This document shows, in pieces, positions 24,114 through 36,390 of a DNA stretch of 64,000 nt. How positions within the stretch are numbered: position 1 is the first letter of the stretch; each line of letters begins with the position of its first letter. The position numbers and the translations under genes were made by a program. Under the pieces are notes generated by a model that worked only from the letters and a program-made list of their open reading frames with translations, was not told the origin of the DNA and did not search any database. The stretch comes from Botryllus schlosseri. Its lineage: Eukaryota. The DNA lies in the NCBI GenBank assembly GCA_051294905.1, contig CM119378.1, positions 2,792,001-2,856,000 of the forward strand, given 5' to 3'.

Positions 24114-27100
24114 TCAGTTCGTTGACATTCCGTACAGCGTGTTTTCTACGACTTGTTTCGAGTTTTCTTCTCTTGGAGTACCATTCGATTCCGCCGGTTC
24201 GTAAATTGCGTTAAGTTTTGGCTCTTTGGCGTCACTCGATGGCTCTAGCATTTGCGAAACCATCGTCTTGTATCTCCGGTACCTATGAGTGTCATTAAAT
24301 GTCAGGACAAGTATGCATGTGTTATATTGGCATATGTACGTACATATGCTTGGGCATCTATATCATAAGCTTGGGGTTTTCATGGTTCCGCTCGCAGATA
24401 CTGAGATTTATACACCAAGGAATAATGACAAATAAATTATAGAACTTATTGGAGGCTCATAAATTCAATATACAATTGAATAGTATATTCATGTTGAAAT
24501 AAACCCGAATATTGTTGGCTGACACTCGTCAGGGGTCATCGTCAGCAACTAGTTGAGAATTGGAAAGAATATTGAATATCAACAATCGTACGTCTCGACG
24601 ATTTAAATATAGTTCTGTGCCTATGGCATATGTATTCCATATAACATATTATAGGCCTACCAAACCCTTCACTTACCCCTAAGAACCCCCGCAGGCCCAC
24701 TTTGTACAAACGGCTGGACAATGATCATAGAAATAGTAATTACCAAAATTTCCAATTTTACGAACACCATCTAATTCTGTCTGAATAATTTTAGTCTGTA
24801 TACTTTGGATGACTCGGGTTACGTGCGATATCGCTTGATAAGCTCTATTATTTCGTAGCCCTCTCATTGGTGAATGAAATAGATTCTGTTGCTGTATGGC
24901 GATCTGGTACGTACTTGACGATGATGAACGCGAGTGCAATTGCTTCGAAAACCGCGACTACGAAGAACGCTATCGTCAACCCGAGAAAGAGAGGTCCTTG
25001 GTCAGAACCTGAAATAACATTATGTCCAGCGCGATGTGGAGTATTGATTATTATCCTACAGCAGGAAATGCAAACTTTTTGGGGTTTGACTCAGGCGGTA
25101 TCCAAATTGAAAGCAAGAATTCTCTTGAAACGAAATTTTCGAGTTGAAGAGATCCGACCAATAGTATTTTACTTTATGTTGATATACTTTTGGTCCTTAA
25201 ATATAAATATGATTTCACACTGCATCTCACCCCCTAATTTGGTGCTTTCTACCACCAAGTGGTCCATGGACCCCTAGTTAAGAATCGATTGACAAAACTT
25301 GTTGACGTCACAGATATATACTCTGCCATAAATGTAAAATTATCGTAATCCCGAGAGAACAGTATGTTGTCTACCTCCGCCGTCTCGCTGCTGCTGCCGT
25401 GATTGATCAGCCGTGTACGCGGAGCGCAGGGAAACGGCAGGAATTCCTCTGACTTGAAATTCCAACCACAAGTTCATGAGTCTGATCGAGATGCAATTTT
25501 GTAAATAACTCCGACAGTCTCCTGCCGAAATTTGACGACTCTCGTCGCGGTGCCGCATATGATTGAAGGATAGAAAGGCGCTATTCCACGTTGCGGTCGT
25601 ATTCGAATCTGACGTATACAAATTCATATTGATCATTTACAAGGCTCTTGCTCCACAACTTTGTCTGCATTCTGCATTCATACTTAAACGACTTGATCGA
25701 ATATGATGTGACAAAATTTGAGAACTGTATGTTATGCGGCTGTCGTGAGTTACGAATATGAGTTGTTGCTTGAATTAGGTCGGAAAAATCGCCTGCTTAG
25801 TTGGAACCCAGATACGGTGATTGTAACGAAAATGGCAAAGTGCCGTCCTCTCCACGGGCTATGGAATTTAGATAAATAATATGTTGATATGTTATGGAAG
25901 TAAAGAACTAAATAAATAGGCCTACAATTGAATAATATATTCATACTGAAAGAAACCCGAATATTTTCGGCTGACACTAGAAATTGTAACGAACACTGTA
26001 TCAACAATGGCATCACCAAATAGTGAAATTTATGTAGGTCAGGCCGTCATTGATCGATGAGTGTCCGTTGACTATAAAAATCCTATAGTAATCTGCTAAT
26101 GGGCAAATGTCCGGCAATATGTCCGTCTATACCTCCACTCTTAGCCACCAGACTAGAATTATTTTCAACCAAGTTTATATGCATAAATTACACATAGCAC
26201 CAGAAGTACCTTGTAGTTGGAATCCTACCCCCAGAGTCTGGGTGAAGAGTCGCAGGTTGACGCCATCAACAACGACAACCAACGAAGAGTTGCTATTCTC
26301 TACCTCGTGTCGCATGGTCCCGGATGCAAATGTACAATTAACCTCATCAGCGTTGAAATCGATCGATCCATTTCCGCCATTAAATTCGCATTTACAATAC
26401 GAACCTTGCGCCTTTGGCCACACTGAAAAAATACCATGCCTCGTTGTGTTTCCCAGGGGAAGTTGTGAGCAAGCATTTCAATCATGAATCAATCATGTGT
26501 AAAATATGGTTTTGATAAGACCATGTGTGTTTGATGCATGAATTCTTCTTACGTCAAAATTTTGACATGTCGAATGGGGAATCTATAAGCTCTGAGATCA
26601 CTGCCCGGATGAGAAGGAGCAAGAGTCTAAATATTTCCAGCCGAAATAAGGAACAAGGAGACGGCAGGCCAGATTTAATACCTACATCTGTGAAACGGCC
26701 GTAGTGCCGATCGATCACGATTACCATGGGAAGCTCATGGTTGGAATAGCCGAGCAATCATAGAGCTATAGCATACTATGCGATTAACATTCAATGTGAA
26801 TCAAACCTTACGCAACGGCATAATAATTAACATGCTATCATTTTGGATAACGTGCATTCATCGTCACTCGTGTAGGCTATACACTATACAGTGTGTGTGC
26901 AGGTGCACGAATGACCTTTGAACAGGGATTTTGAGACTATAGATTTTATAACATTATAACGGGTGTAACCTGCTTTCGCTTTCAAATCGTTTGAACGGCT
27001 ATGTCTAAATGTAGTAACCAGTGGAATGCGAACCATGCACGCGGTTCATCATTCTGTTATTGATTTTTGGAATGATTTTTATTTATCTTCGTCGTTTTGT

Positions 27101-27420
27101 GTAAATATCGAATTGAATCTTTAGGCGATTGGAGTACATCGAGCTAAGGGCATTACACGAATATTTTGTAACGGTTTCTGGAACCTACAATCTTCTATAT
27201 CTTGATCTGTATCAGAGGCAATGACAACGAATCCATAATTAAATTGCAATGTCGCTTACTATTGACACTTCGAAATTTCGATACCCCCGTACATTACGTC
27301 CACTGCACTTGCCGCCAAATAGAATTCAGTAGTATATATCAAATACTTTCCATTACCCTTTAATGTATATTTATCACCGGGACTTACAAAGCATTAAGTA
27401 CATCATCGTTGAACTATCGC
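24114..27420 (-). pseudogene. Gene B: pseudogenised ~3x CUB-like type-I receptor, convergent with gene A
   Basis: Open 3' exons: 25008-24915 (GSDQGPLFLGLTIAFFVVAVFEAIALAFIIVK, TM) and 24282-24114 (YRRYKTMVSQMLEPSSDAKEPKLNAIYEPAESNGTPREENSKQVVENTLYGMSTN*). Broken CUB-like exons: 25858-25375 (SLQSPYLGSN*AGD..NIQFSNF..DQYEFVYV..IICG..VGVIYK..S*TCGWNF), 26422-26210 (..VNLRLFTQTLGVGFQLQ), ~26700-26553 (GNI*TLAPSHPG..KILT|VAKGARFVL) and ~27420-26970 (VSPG..TEFYL..KYSC..SMYSNRLKIQF..AWFAFHW), with stops and frameshifts. First exon not found. Confidence 0.72.
24470..24600. repeat. Short dispersed repeat (also ~25920-25980, ~50290-50430, inverted ~58560-58700)
   Basis: Shared core AACCC.AATATT..CGGCTGACACTCG.CA.GGGT.ATCGTCAG.AACTAG..GAGAATTGGAAAGA. 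Confidence 0.7.
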
Positions 27421-27604
27421 CTCATTATTTTATACATTTCGACTATTAATTTGACTCGCCGTAAACAAATAACCTCAATATAGCCACCATATGACTATCC
27501 AAAACCGTAGAAACGTGACTAGATTAGGCCAATAACCAGATATCCCTGTTGATCATCGAGTCATTCATAACCACAGCAATCCCACCACGTACATTCTATG
27601 GAAG

Positions 27605-28012
27605 CAGACTTGGACAGCCAGATAGTAATAATTATATTTATCTGATTGAACTAATTCTGAGTGAAATGCGGTAATCTAATTATATGCTAATTTGTGGTAT
27701 ATTTCTATGCTTTAATTCTAATTCGAATATAATTTCTGGTTTTCCGAAAAATGCTACATGATAACTGTATAGCGCAGAGCGAGCCAAGCTTGGTGTATAA
27801 ACATTTGCTATTCTAGTGCTCCTGAGAAAGAACGCTGCTTTGGCATGAACTGAACTTGATTTAATGTCAGTAATTCCAATTCTAATCTGATTCGAAGAAA
27901 ATCTGTGAGACAACAATTTTAATTCTGATCTAATTTAGCAAAACTGTGTAGCTGTAATTCTAATTCTAACCTAATTTGCAAAAGCGGAAAATTTTGTAGA
28001 TGTCCAAGTCTA
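27605..28012. mobile_element. MITE, AGACTTGGACA family (TCTAAT-rich)
   Basis: TIR (C/T)AGACTTGGACA..TGTCCAAGTCTA. Relatives at ~2800-3515, ~21655-22000, ~36645-36990, ~56370-56490, and a copy split across ~8705-8872/12975-13143/18334-18373. Confidence 0.7.
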
Positions 28013-28377
28013 TATATAACTTACTGGCAATATTCTATAGGAGTCATTGATTTAAATGATATGAGCAAATTCGGCTCAGCATGAGACATGGCAGATGAGC
28101 TATTATAACCAGGACCTATGACTGACATGTGGTTACACTTAAACGTTAAAACAGCTCACTCCAAGATACATGGTATGATATAACGAGAATAAGGATATAT
28201 AGTCTACGGTTAAGATAAACTAAGCCATTTCGAAATAAATATACACGCATTCCTAATTCTAGCCGGGATAGCCAGCACTCTTGCTTAATGAGTAACACTT
28301 CCCGGAGCTAAATATCCCTAAACGTAAGCGACTCAGACCCGACATAAACTAATTGTGCAGAAAAATGCAATACAGCT

Positions 28378-28916
28378 AGAGCTGCATTTAAAACAAAAAT
28401 CAATATAAAACAAATATGTTTAAAACAAGTTTTTTTTAATATTTTTTGTTTATTTTTATTAGCCATGACACCACGATTCTTTAATTATGACGTCACAGTG
28501 GAATGGCATCGCAAATTGAAAATATAGGATCTATACGACTCCTTTGTCGAAGAAGGATTCCGACCCCCATTTCAAACCGACCAGAAAGTATCTTTGACCA
28601 AGCCTACATTGTAATGCAGCATTTTGATATTCGGCGGACATCATTATCATAACATCCATTCCGTGCCAATGATCCATAACGACGTGCTATAACTGTTGAA
28701 ATGATGACGATTTCGTCGGTTCCGGCCTTTCCATATCGATACGTCGACTATATCGTGTGCAAATCGTCCATAGGCTCACGCTATGCATGTTTTCCCAAAA
28801 GTATTTACACAATTATGGCATAATTATAAAACACGACTTTCTCCTTTTTAAAATGGCCTTTTTAAACGCTGTTTAAAGCATGTTTTAAAACCCCATTACT
28901 TTTGAATGCAACCCTA
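28378..28916. mobile_element. hAT MITE (TAGGGTTGCATTTAAAAC family)
   Basis: TAGAGCTGCATTTAAAACAAAA...TTTTGAATGCAACCCTA; colinear with 39736-40477. Confidence 0.75.
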
Positions 28917-30033
28917 GTTGCAGTGTCTATGTAACTTACAAATCTTATCAATGTAAAATCCAAATCTTACCGTAACACAATACGATTGCCACAGCAGTTA
29001 ACGACATCGTTCTTGCGATCTGGTCCCCGAGAATCGATTTCGAAATGCCTATATTTACTCGAAAATTTTCCCCTGTTGTCGCGAAATTTTAGATCAACAA
29101 AATGATCAGCACTCATGATTTCCCCTCGCAAAAGGTTTCACTCTTCAGTGGAGGCAACTAAACGGTCATCCTTTTACATTCCAGGTTGGCAAACATGGTA
29201 CGGTTGGGGAATACAATACCGAGGACTATCTCTCGCTACTTGCGTGAGTGCCGAGTTTTAGCGTTGTGTTTGATGCGATATCGCGATCTTCTAACCAAGG
29301 ATGTTATGGATCTATTCCTGTGGTTCTTGACCTCTACTAACCTGCGAAACACTTCCGATAATCTACAAGCTGTCGCGGTACCCCAAATTTTCGCTGATTC
29401 GTAAAAACAAAAATTCACCACAATACACAACAAGATTGCTGGTGCATAATATATTAGAAGAATGAAACCATTAAAATATAATTTTCCCACAAAACGACAA
29501 TATTATAATGAATATTTATTACATATCAGTGTGACTTTTGTTGTTTCCTTTCAGATACCAGTTCGGAAATGCGAGGCTTTGCCTTGGACGGTATTATTGT
29601 ATTGCTTGGTCGAAGCGCAACAATGCGATAACTGGGGTGATTTTTTGTGCCCGAAAAACGTAAGGTTTGACCTAACAATAACATTGGTGACATTTTTAAC
29701 CTTCACAGGCTGAATTATGACCTCATGTATGCAAATTGGGTGTTTTAGCACATAATGTTATAATTGTACAAAGTAGTTTGGCCTGAAAAAACTTTTGTGA
29801 TCGTCCGTAGGTTCATACTGATACTCATACAATTAGACAACGCTCGAAAAAAATTCTTGTTCAAAGAGGCATTTGTTTAAAACACTGTTTAAAACATGTT
29901 TTGAACGAAGTGTTTTAAAACACCGTTTGTTTTAAATGCAACCATACTATTCCACTTTGGGCAGTATTTTTACAATGAAGATGTTTCTGAACCATACGTT
30001 GTGAAATATATATCTAATAATGCTTATCAACAG

Positions 30034-30607
30034 GTCTGTGCAACTCTAGGAACGACGCGGATTGCGTGTCATTTGACAACATCGTTGAAATTGGTCGAGT
30101 CGGTGAGTTTGCGTGTGGATGAAAGTATGAAATCCTACGATTATTACAATCAGATATATCCATATGAACAGTAAACTTGAGCTTGGGCATGTGCATTATA
30201 TTTATAAGGTAAGGAAGGGTTTCCGGTGAGGTAGCGATAAAGTTCGTTTCTTTGGGTTGGTCAATCAGAGTAACACGTTTAACTGCCATTTTCATTGGGT
30301 CGCATGCTCCATTGTCGGCCTATGAACTACCTGAACTGTTCAGTAAAGTTTTCGATAGTCATTGAACATGGGATTATATTTTGGAGGCGACGATGGCATT
30401 TGGTTACATGCAGACGCGGCCTACGCCGGTGCAAGTTTTATAGGTCCCGAATATCGTCATTTAATGGAAGGGGTCGAGGTAACTCAACAATCCACCTATC
30501 TTGCACTTGATTCTTAATAATCCGCAAATCTCCATTGCAGACGGTTCTTCAATCTATTTCAACCCACACAAGTGGTTGACGGTCAACTTTGACTGGTCAG
30601 CGCTCTG
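30034..30607 (+). pseudogene. DDC/AADC pseudogene fragment (exons 6-8)
   Basis: 30034-30102 ([16 protein letters not shown]; 69 vs 67 nt, +2 frameshift), 30387-30478 ([26 protein letters not shown]) and 30541-30607 (FNPHKWLTVNFD; 67 vs 68 nt, -1). The downstream intron is also similar to 47200-47270. Confidence 0.92.
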
Positions 30608-30969
30608 GTGTGTGGACATTGAAGTCTGATTCGGTATTAGCAGGGTTGGTCAAAGTAGTCACCGTTGCTACTGAAGTAGAAGTAGATGTAGTACTTCACG
30701 TTTCTACTCGAAAACAAGTACAAGTTGCGATTTCCAGGACACGAGAAGGGTAAAATGTTTAGTATAGACACCAGCAAGCAGTCCAAATCGGGAAAAGACC
30801 AAGTAGCCTACTTATATTTTGACCCCCTGCGTAGTGTCCCAATATGACTGTGCGTCTGCATGCCAGTACCAGGACACATGAGATTCAGTGTATAAATAAG
30901 ACAGTTAAAATATAACTTACGACATGAATAAATAGAAGTAAATATAATAATGTAAAACTATATAGAAAG

Positions 30970-31492
30970 TAGGGATGGTGTGAACCCCTAAAAGGTTCAG
31001 GTTCGTGTGAAAGCGAACCTTTTTAAAAGGTTCTGTGTGAACACGAACGTGAACCTCATGACGTCACGTGACGTCATATTGCTAATTCCAACCCTATCTT
31101 TCAATGACGTGATAGCCTATATTAATGTACAGTTGTACACTATACCTAGCGACGACTTGGCCCACATAATGCAACAATTCTGAAGTACATATTGGCGTTT
31201 TAAACGTCGCTAAATGTATCAACTGAGGCAGTCAAAGGATATAATACTACCATAAAATCAATATCTTTCGTCGCTTTGCCAACAATTTCGACGAGGACTT
31301 ACCAGGGAATATACGCTTTATCCCTTATCGGTCTAGGCCAGACCGGACAATGTATTCGGTGTCTGAGTATTGCTACATTGATATTGATCAGAGTGTAAAA
31401 TGGGTTTCTATATTTGTGATATGACGATAAGAGGGTGCGAAATGTTTCAGTATCATTAAGGGGGCGTGTCTAAAAAGGTTTGAGAACCACTG
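30970..31492. mobile_element. Truncated TAGGGATGGTG-family MITE fused to the right end of another hAT MITE
   Basis: Left part is colinear with 33565 onward; the last ~40 nt match 40110-40156 (GGGGCGTGTCTAAAAA..GAGAACCACTG). Confidence 0.7.
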
Positions 31493-32585
31493 GCTTAGGG
31501 TTTCCCCCCAAGATCAAGCTTTACTTGGACATGGTTTTCAGCTAATAACTTATCTAGCCCTCAAAAGCGTTTCCAGGTATCGTGCACAGCTCAGAGTTCA
31601 AAATTAAATGAAATTGAGGACAATGATCTGTTGTTGTATTTTTATTCCTTCAATAAAATATTACTTCTTCTGTGGTCACTATGCCCATCGCCCAAGTTAG
31701 GAAGCATAGCGTTGTACTGACGTAGAGTTTTAAAACGTGTTTGCCTACTTTATATCCAAATTTAATTCATGCTGCCCGCGGCCGCTAAGCAATTAGAAAA
31801 GTGGCCCGCGACCCGCTTCGAGTTGGCGACCCCTCCCCTATAGTATGGGCTCAAAATCATTGTTTATTTGGGAGGGAAGGGGCGGAAAACATGTGCTTTC
31901 GGTCTCGGTTACACAACACACAGACACATACTTCTGAACCGGATCGTGACCACCTCTGGTCTATGAGGAAAGCTTTGCTAGTGTGACGTCATAACTCGTT
32001 TTGAAATCCACTAGTGGGCGCTAAAGACTGTCCGGAATTTGGGTTGCAGAAATATGGTAACCCTAATTCAGTATTGTCAGTAAGTCAGTATTGTTGGATT
32101 GTCCAAATTTTGAAGCCTTTCACAAATGCTGCTCCTTCTGTAGATTATTGATATAAACATCAATGAGACTGAAACAAGCTCACATAAATGTTGTCATGTC
32201 ACGCAAAGCGTTTGAGATGAAAGTAGCCTTCTGCGAGTGCGCGGTTAATCGATGAAGTATAGGCGTGCAGTGCAATCACGAAGTCCCGATCATGAATGAT
32301 TGGCTGGAGTCTGTAATAAAATCAGAGATATCTAGATATCCCTGTAAAATCTACGTTGGCTGACAGGCTGATTTCGTAATCATTACTGGCAATGCCGGTG
32401 ATCATATTCATTCACGTTCCTTGTTTTTCGTCCTGAGTATATTTTGTGTTAACACGCTGTGGCTGTAACAACTGCGGCGTAGGATAGGAGCCCATCGATG
32501 AAACTACGACACTCCAGTTCCAGATCGTGCTACTGCCAATAATGGAACCGAGGTCTCCACGGTCGATGATGGCGAATCGTAATTA

Positions 32586-32962
32586 ATAGGGCAAGTTTTT
32601 GTTGCAGTTAAATCCGTGGAAAGTAGCATTTATTCATTAATTTTCGAAAAAAGTTGCAGAAGTTGCATTTTGACCACATTTTGCTCGGTTGACTAAAAAA
32701 GGTCAATTTTCTGGCTCAGCTCCCGAAATACCCGTACAAGCGTTACTTCGGTGCTGATTTACGGTGTTTCAGTCGAATTTGGCCGTGTATTTCTCCAAAA
32801 TCGAAAATACTTTCATGAAAAATCGAAAAAGTTGAATGAACAATATGGACAAAAGTTGCACTATAAGATTCCTTCAAACAGCTTAAACAGCATTCTACAT
32901 ATCTTACGAGTATTTAGGAAGCTGCCGGAAGCTGTAAAAAAGAGTTGCAAAACTTGCCTTAG
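32586..32962. mobile_element. Inverted-repeat element (MITE)
   Basis: TAGGGCAAGTTTT...AAAACTTGCCTTAG, flanked on both sides by TAATTAAT. Confidence 0.6.
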
Positions 32963-33069
32963 TAATTAATCATCGGGTTATATATCTCCATCCGCCCAAA
33001 ACACACAATTATGTGCAAATCGATATATAAGACACAATCCGACGTAATGAACAAAGAATGCTGAAACGA

Positions 33070-34415
33070 CCATCATCATCATCATCATTGATTGATTAGC
33101 AAGTTTATCAGTTCAATGCACCACAAAAAATGCGATACAATGAAAGGATAGGAGGGTGTCGAATCGACTTGGAGTAGTCAATGGAATCACACACACACCT
33201 TAACCTAGGCGATGTAAAGAGAAGGCATGCACAGTGCACACTAAATGAAAAGTAAAAGAAGATAGTATAGAAAAAGCAAGCGACAAAATGGATGGCATGT
33301 CATGGAAGGCGAGATCGATAGGTCAGGTCGTGGTCCGGTAATCTTGAGGATGGACTAGTATTCACTTAGTAGTAATTCTTTGTATTTCGACTTGAATGTG
33401 GACATGCTCGTCGACTGACGGATGGCCTGCGGGATACTGTTCCACACGTCAGGTCCGGCATATTTGATAGAGCGATGATCTTTTCGGTCTATCATATGAT
33501 ATTTGGACGACGTGGACGCCCGTGTGTTGTAGCCTACTTGTGCGCTTTTGATTCCGAGGTAAAATAGGGATGGTGCGAACCTCTGAAAGGTTCAGGTTCG
33601 TGTGAACGCGAACCTTTTTGAAAGGTTCTGCGTGAACGCGAATGTGAACCTCATCACGTCACGTGACGTCATATTGCTAATTCCAACCCTACGTTTCAGT
33701 GAAGTGATATATATTATTGAACACGATATATAGAAACGACTCGGGACACATAATGCCACAATGCTGAAGTACATACTGACTGACCTTTTAAACGTCGCCA
33801 AATGTGTCAACTGGAGCAATCAACTGAGATAATAATCCCATAAATTCAATATCTTCCGTCGCTTTGCCAACAATTTCAACGCCTTAACGGTCTAGGCCAG
33901 ACCGGACAATGTATTAGCTGACTACCTACATGTAGCGTCATTCACTCTTGATGTTGTGTGATTGCGGGTCAAGCTCACAGCAGAGAGTCACTTAATATTC
34001 ACAAAGAGAAAGCGGGATATTTCGAGCAAACTTTTGTAACAAGGCAGGAATTTTTTTGAGATTGACAAGGAGCATGCTCGTTTAGTGTTGATTTTTATGC
34101 GCCAGCCCCTATACATAGAGTTGAAATGCAGTTGAAATACAATAAATTTCAACCAAAGATGTTATAATGACGTGAAAGTTGTTATATGAAAAAGGTTAAC
34201 ACTGGAGAACCTACCAAGGTTGGTTTGTGAACGTGAACCTCTAAATTTCAGAGGTTCACACACAGAACGCGAACGTGAACTTCACGTTCACACCATCCCT
34301 AGTAAAGAAGTCATAAAAATATTACCGCAGTGGTATTGATACATAAACTTGGCCGTTTCTAGTTTCCGCATATCTTCTATGTTTAGGACACCGAATCTCT
34401 TCAGCACTCTTCGAA
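33070..34415 (-). mobile_element. 5'-truncated CR1/L2-group LINE, split by the MITE at 33565-34301
   Basis: Minus strand reads LKRFGVLNIEDMRKLETAKFMYQYH ... SIKYAGPDVWNSIPQAIRQSTSMSTFKSKYKELLLSEY*, a typical ORF2 C-terminus, then a 3'UTR and a (TGA)n tail. Confidence 0.8.
33565..34301. mobile_element. hAT MITE (TAGGGATGGTG family)
   Basis: TIR TAGGGATGGTG..CACCATCCCTA; inverted copy of 19082-20023. Confidence 0.88.
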
Positions 34416-35339
34416 ATCTGTCGCCGTTGCTGGAATTTCTGATCATGGACGAAGTCGGCATCATAGGAAGGGTGCAGACACCTACGGTAAATTCTGACGT
34501 GTGTTAGTTAGACCACTCCGCACTGACATGGTGCTGCGAATTCCTTTTATATCTGGAAGATATATCCGCTGTCCGGTAAACAGACTATGCTGTCATGGAC
34601 CAGTTACGCATTCTATGAAATATAATTTGTCGCATGAACGAATATATATCGACGTCAGTAAACAATGTGAGTGCAAAATGATTCAATTTATTTCGATTTT
34701 CCGATAATAAGTATTTATATATTAAAAGCGATGTCATCTGTCATTCGCACGTATACGTATAGCCTCATTGAAAATTAAGACCTGATGGCATCCCGTTGAC
34801 TTGGATCTATGTCGTAGAATTTCTCATTATTTGCAGTATCGTAACTCAATTAGGCCTACTCTATTTCAGTCACACAAATACTACAAACTACAAACGGAAA
34901 TAATACCATCGCTTCCTCGACTTTGTAATTCACATATGAAATCGTCGGTGGTCAATGCTGCACGGCTTTAGCGAACAACGAGAAAAGGCAGTTTTAGATA
35001 GCATTTCACTTTCCATTCGAGTAAGCATGGCTTACGAAAATCTTGTGAGGATGTGGTCCGCGTTGGGCCATAAGTAAGGAGCTAACGAATCAAACAGATA
35101 TGATTATGCTGATGAGAAATGACCATGCACTCTCAACGAAAAGAGTGTATGTTCACACCCAAAAGGTGCCACACGAAAAACGAGCCTGACTCAGAATTAT
35201 TCCGCGGATACAAATTCTACGCGTCAATACGTGCAATCATTTTTGGATTGAAATGTTGTGTCTGATTCAAACCGAGGTGTAATGAGCTATAGGCAAATTA
35301 TGTTTTCGTGTACTATGGGTGCATATAGAAACTACCAAT

Positions 35340-35620
35340 TTAGTCAGCTGACAGTCAACTAACTAACGGTTTTTGAGTAGTTGTAGTTCTAGTTGGGTAT
35401 ATATTGAAAAGTGAGCAGTTCTGATTCTAGTTCTAGTTGCAGATTTTGAAAATGCAGTAGTTCTAGTTCTAGTTGGCCGAAGAACTAAAAAGCACGTATC
35501 GTCGTTTTGCGTGAATCAAGATACCGGTGTTCTGATGAATGATGTTTATGCAGCTATTGCTAGCTCCGAACCCTCACTACCAACAGTGACGTATAGGTAG
35601 CGGTTGGGTTTTCGGTGTCG
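35340..35620. repeat. Dispersed repeat with (GTTCTA)n, second copy ~49735-49950
   Basis: Shared GTTCTAGTTGC..CGTCGTTTTGCGTGAATC..TACCG..TCACTAC.AACAG..ACGTA. Confidence 0.7.
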
Positions 35621-36390
35621 AAATCTATCCAATTTCAAACTCGAAACCCCGTCCTTTTGAAATGTCGATTGTTTGTCTGATGTTTCCGATAAAATAATAG
35701 CAATGTGTTTTCTAGACTCTCTAGGACAGGGGTGTCAAACTCAACTGACGTCGCGGGCCGGAGTCAACACTTTAGAATCTAAAGTTTAGATCATGGACGA
35801 GCAACATACGGCCCGCGACGGTATTTTTCCGGCCCGTGGACAGTTTCCCGTCTTACATGATAATGTGACCCGCGGCCCCAGTCAGCGGAGATTCTCCACT
35901 ATACTTGCGTAAACGTCAAATTTTAGTGACTTTATGTTATTAATACACATGTATGAGCAGCGTACGAGAGTAGAGCTTACGCGTAAGTTCGTCGAAGCGA
36001 GAAGACTTAAATTAATCCATGTTACATCGAATTTGTTTCAAATCTAGATTACGCATACGACGAACGTAGGCTACGTAACGACGGTATATTAAAACCCTAA
36101 ACAGCCTTCAAAGTCAAAGCCTTTCCGGTTCTACTCATACAGACCAAGGTTTATGTACACATTCAACTTTATAGTTCAAAATTCCAAGCAACTTTTCGCT
36201 GTCCAATTTGTCCGGCGGCCCATAAAATACCCAGTTGTGTCCTACGCTTATCTACAAGCCTTCGGAGACTAAATTCTTCTAATTTAACTCGACTACACTC
36301 ATGCTTCCTTCATATGATTTTTACGCTCTTGCATTGCTTGACTAGTTGACAGATTCAGATATATTAAGTATATTATACTCTGTCCGGATC

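Noticed and set aside
29185..29243. Plus-strand exon-like segment (CAG|..|GTGAGT)
   Set aside because: No recognisable product or partner exons, and it is not a DDC exon.
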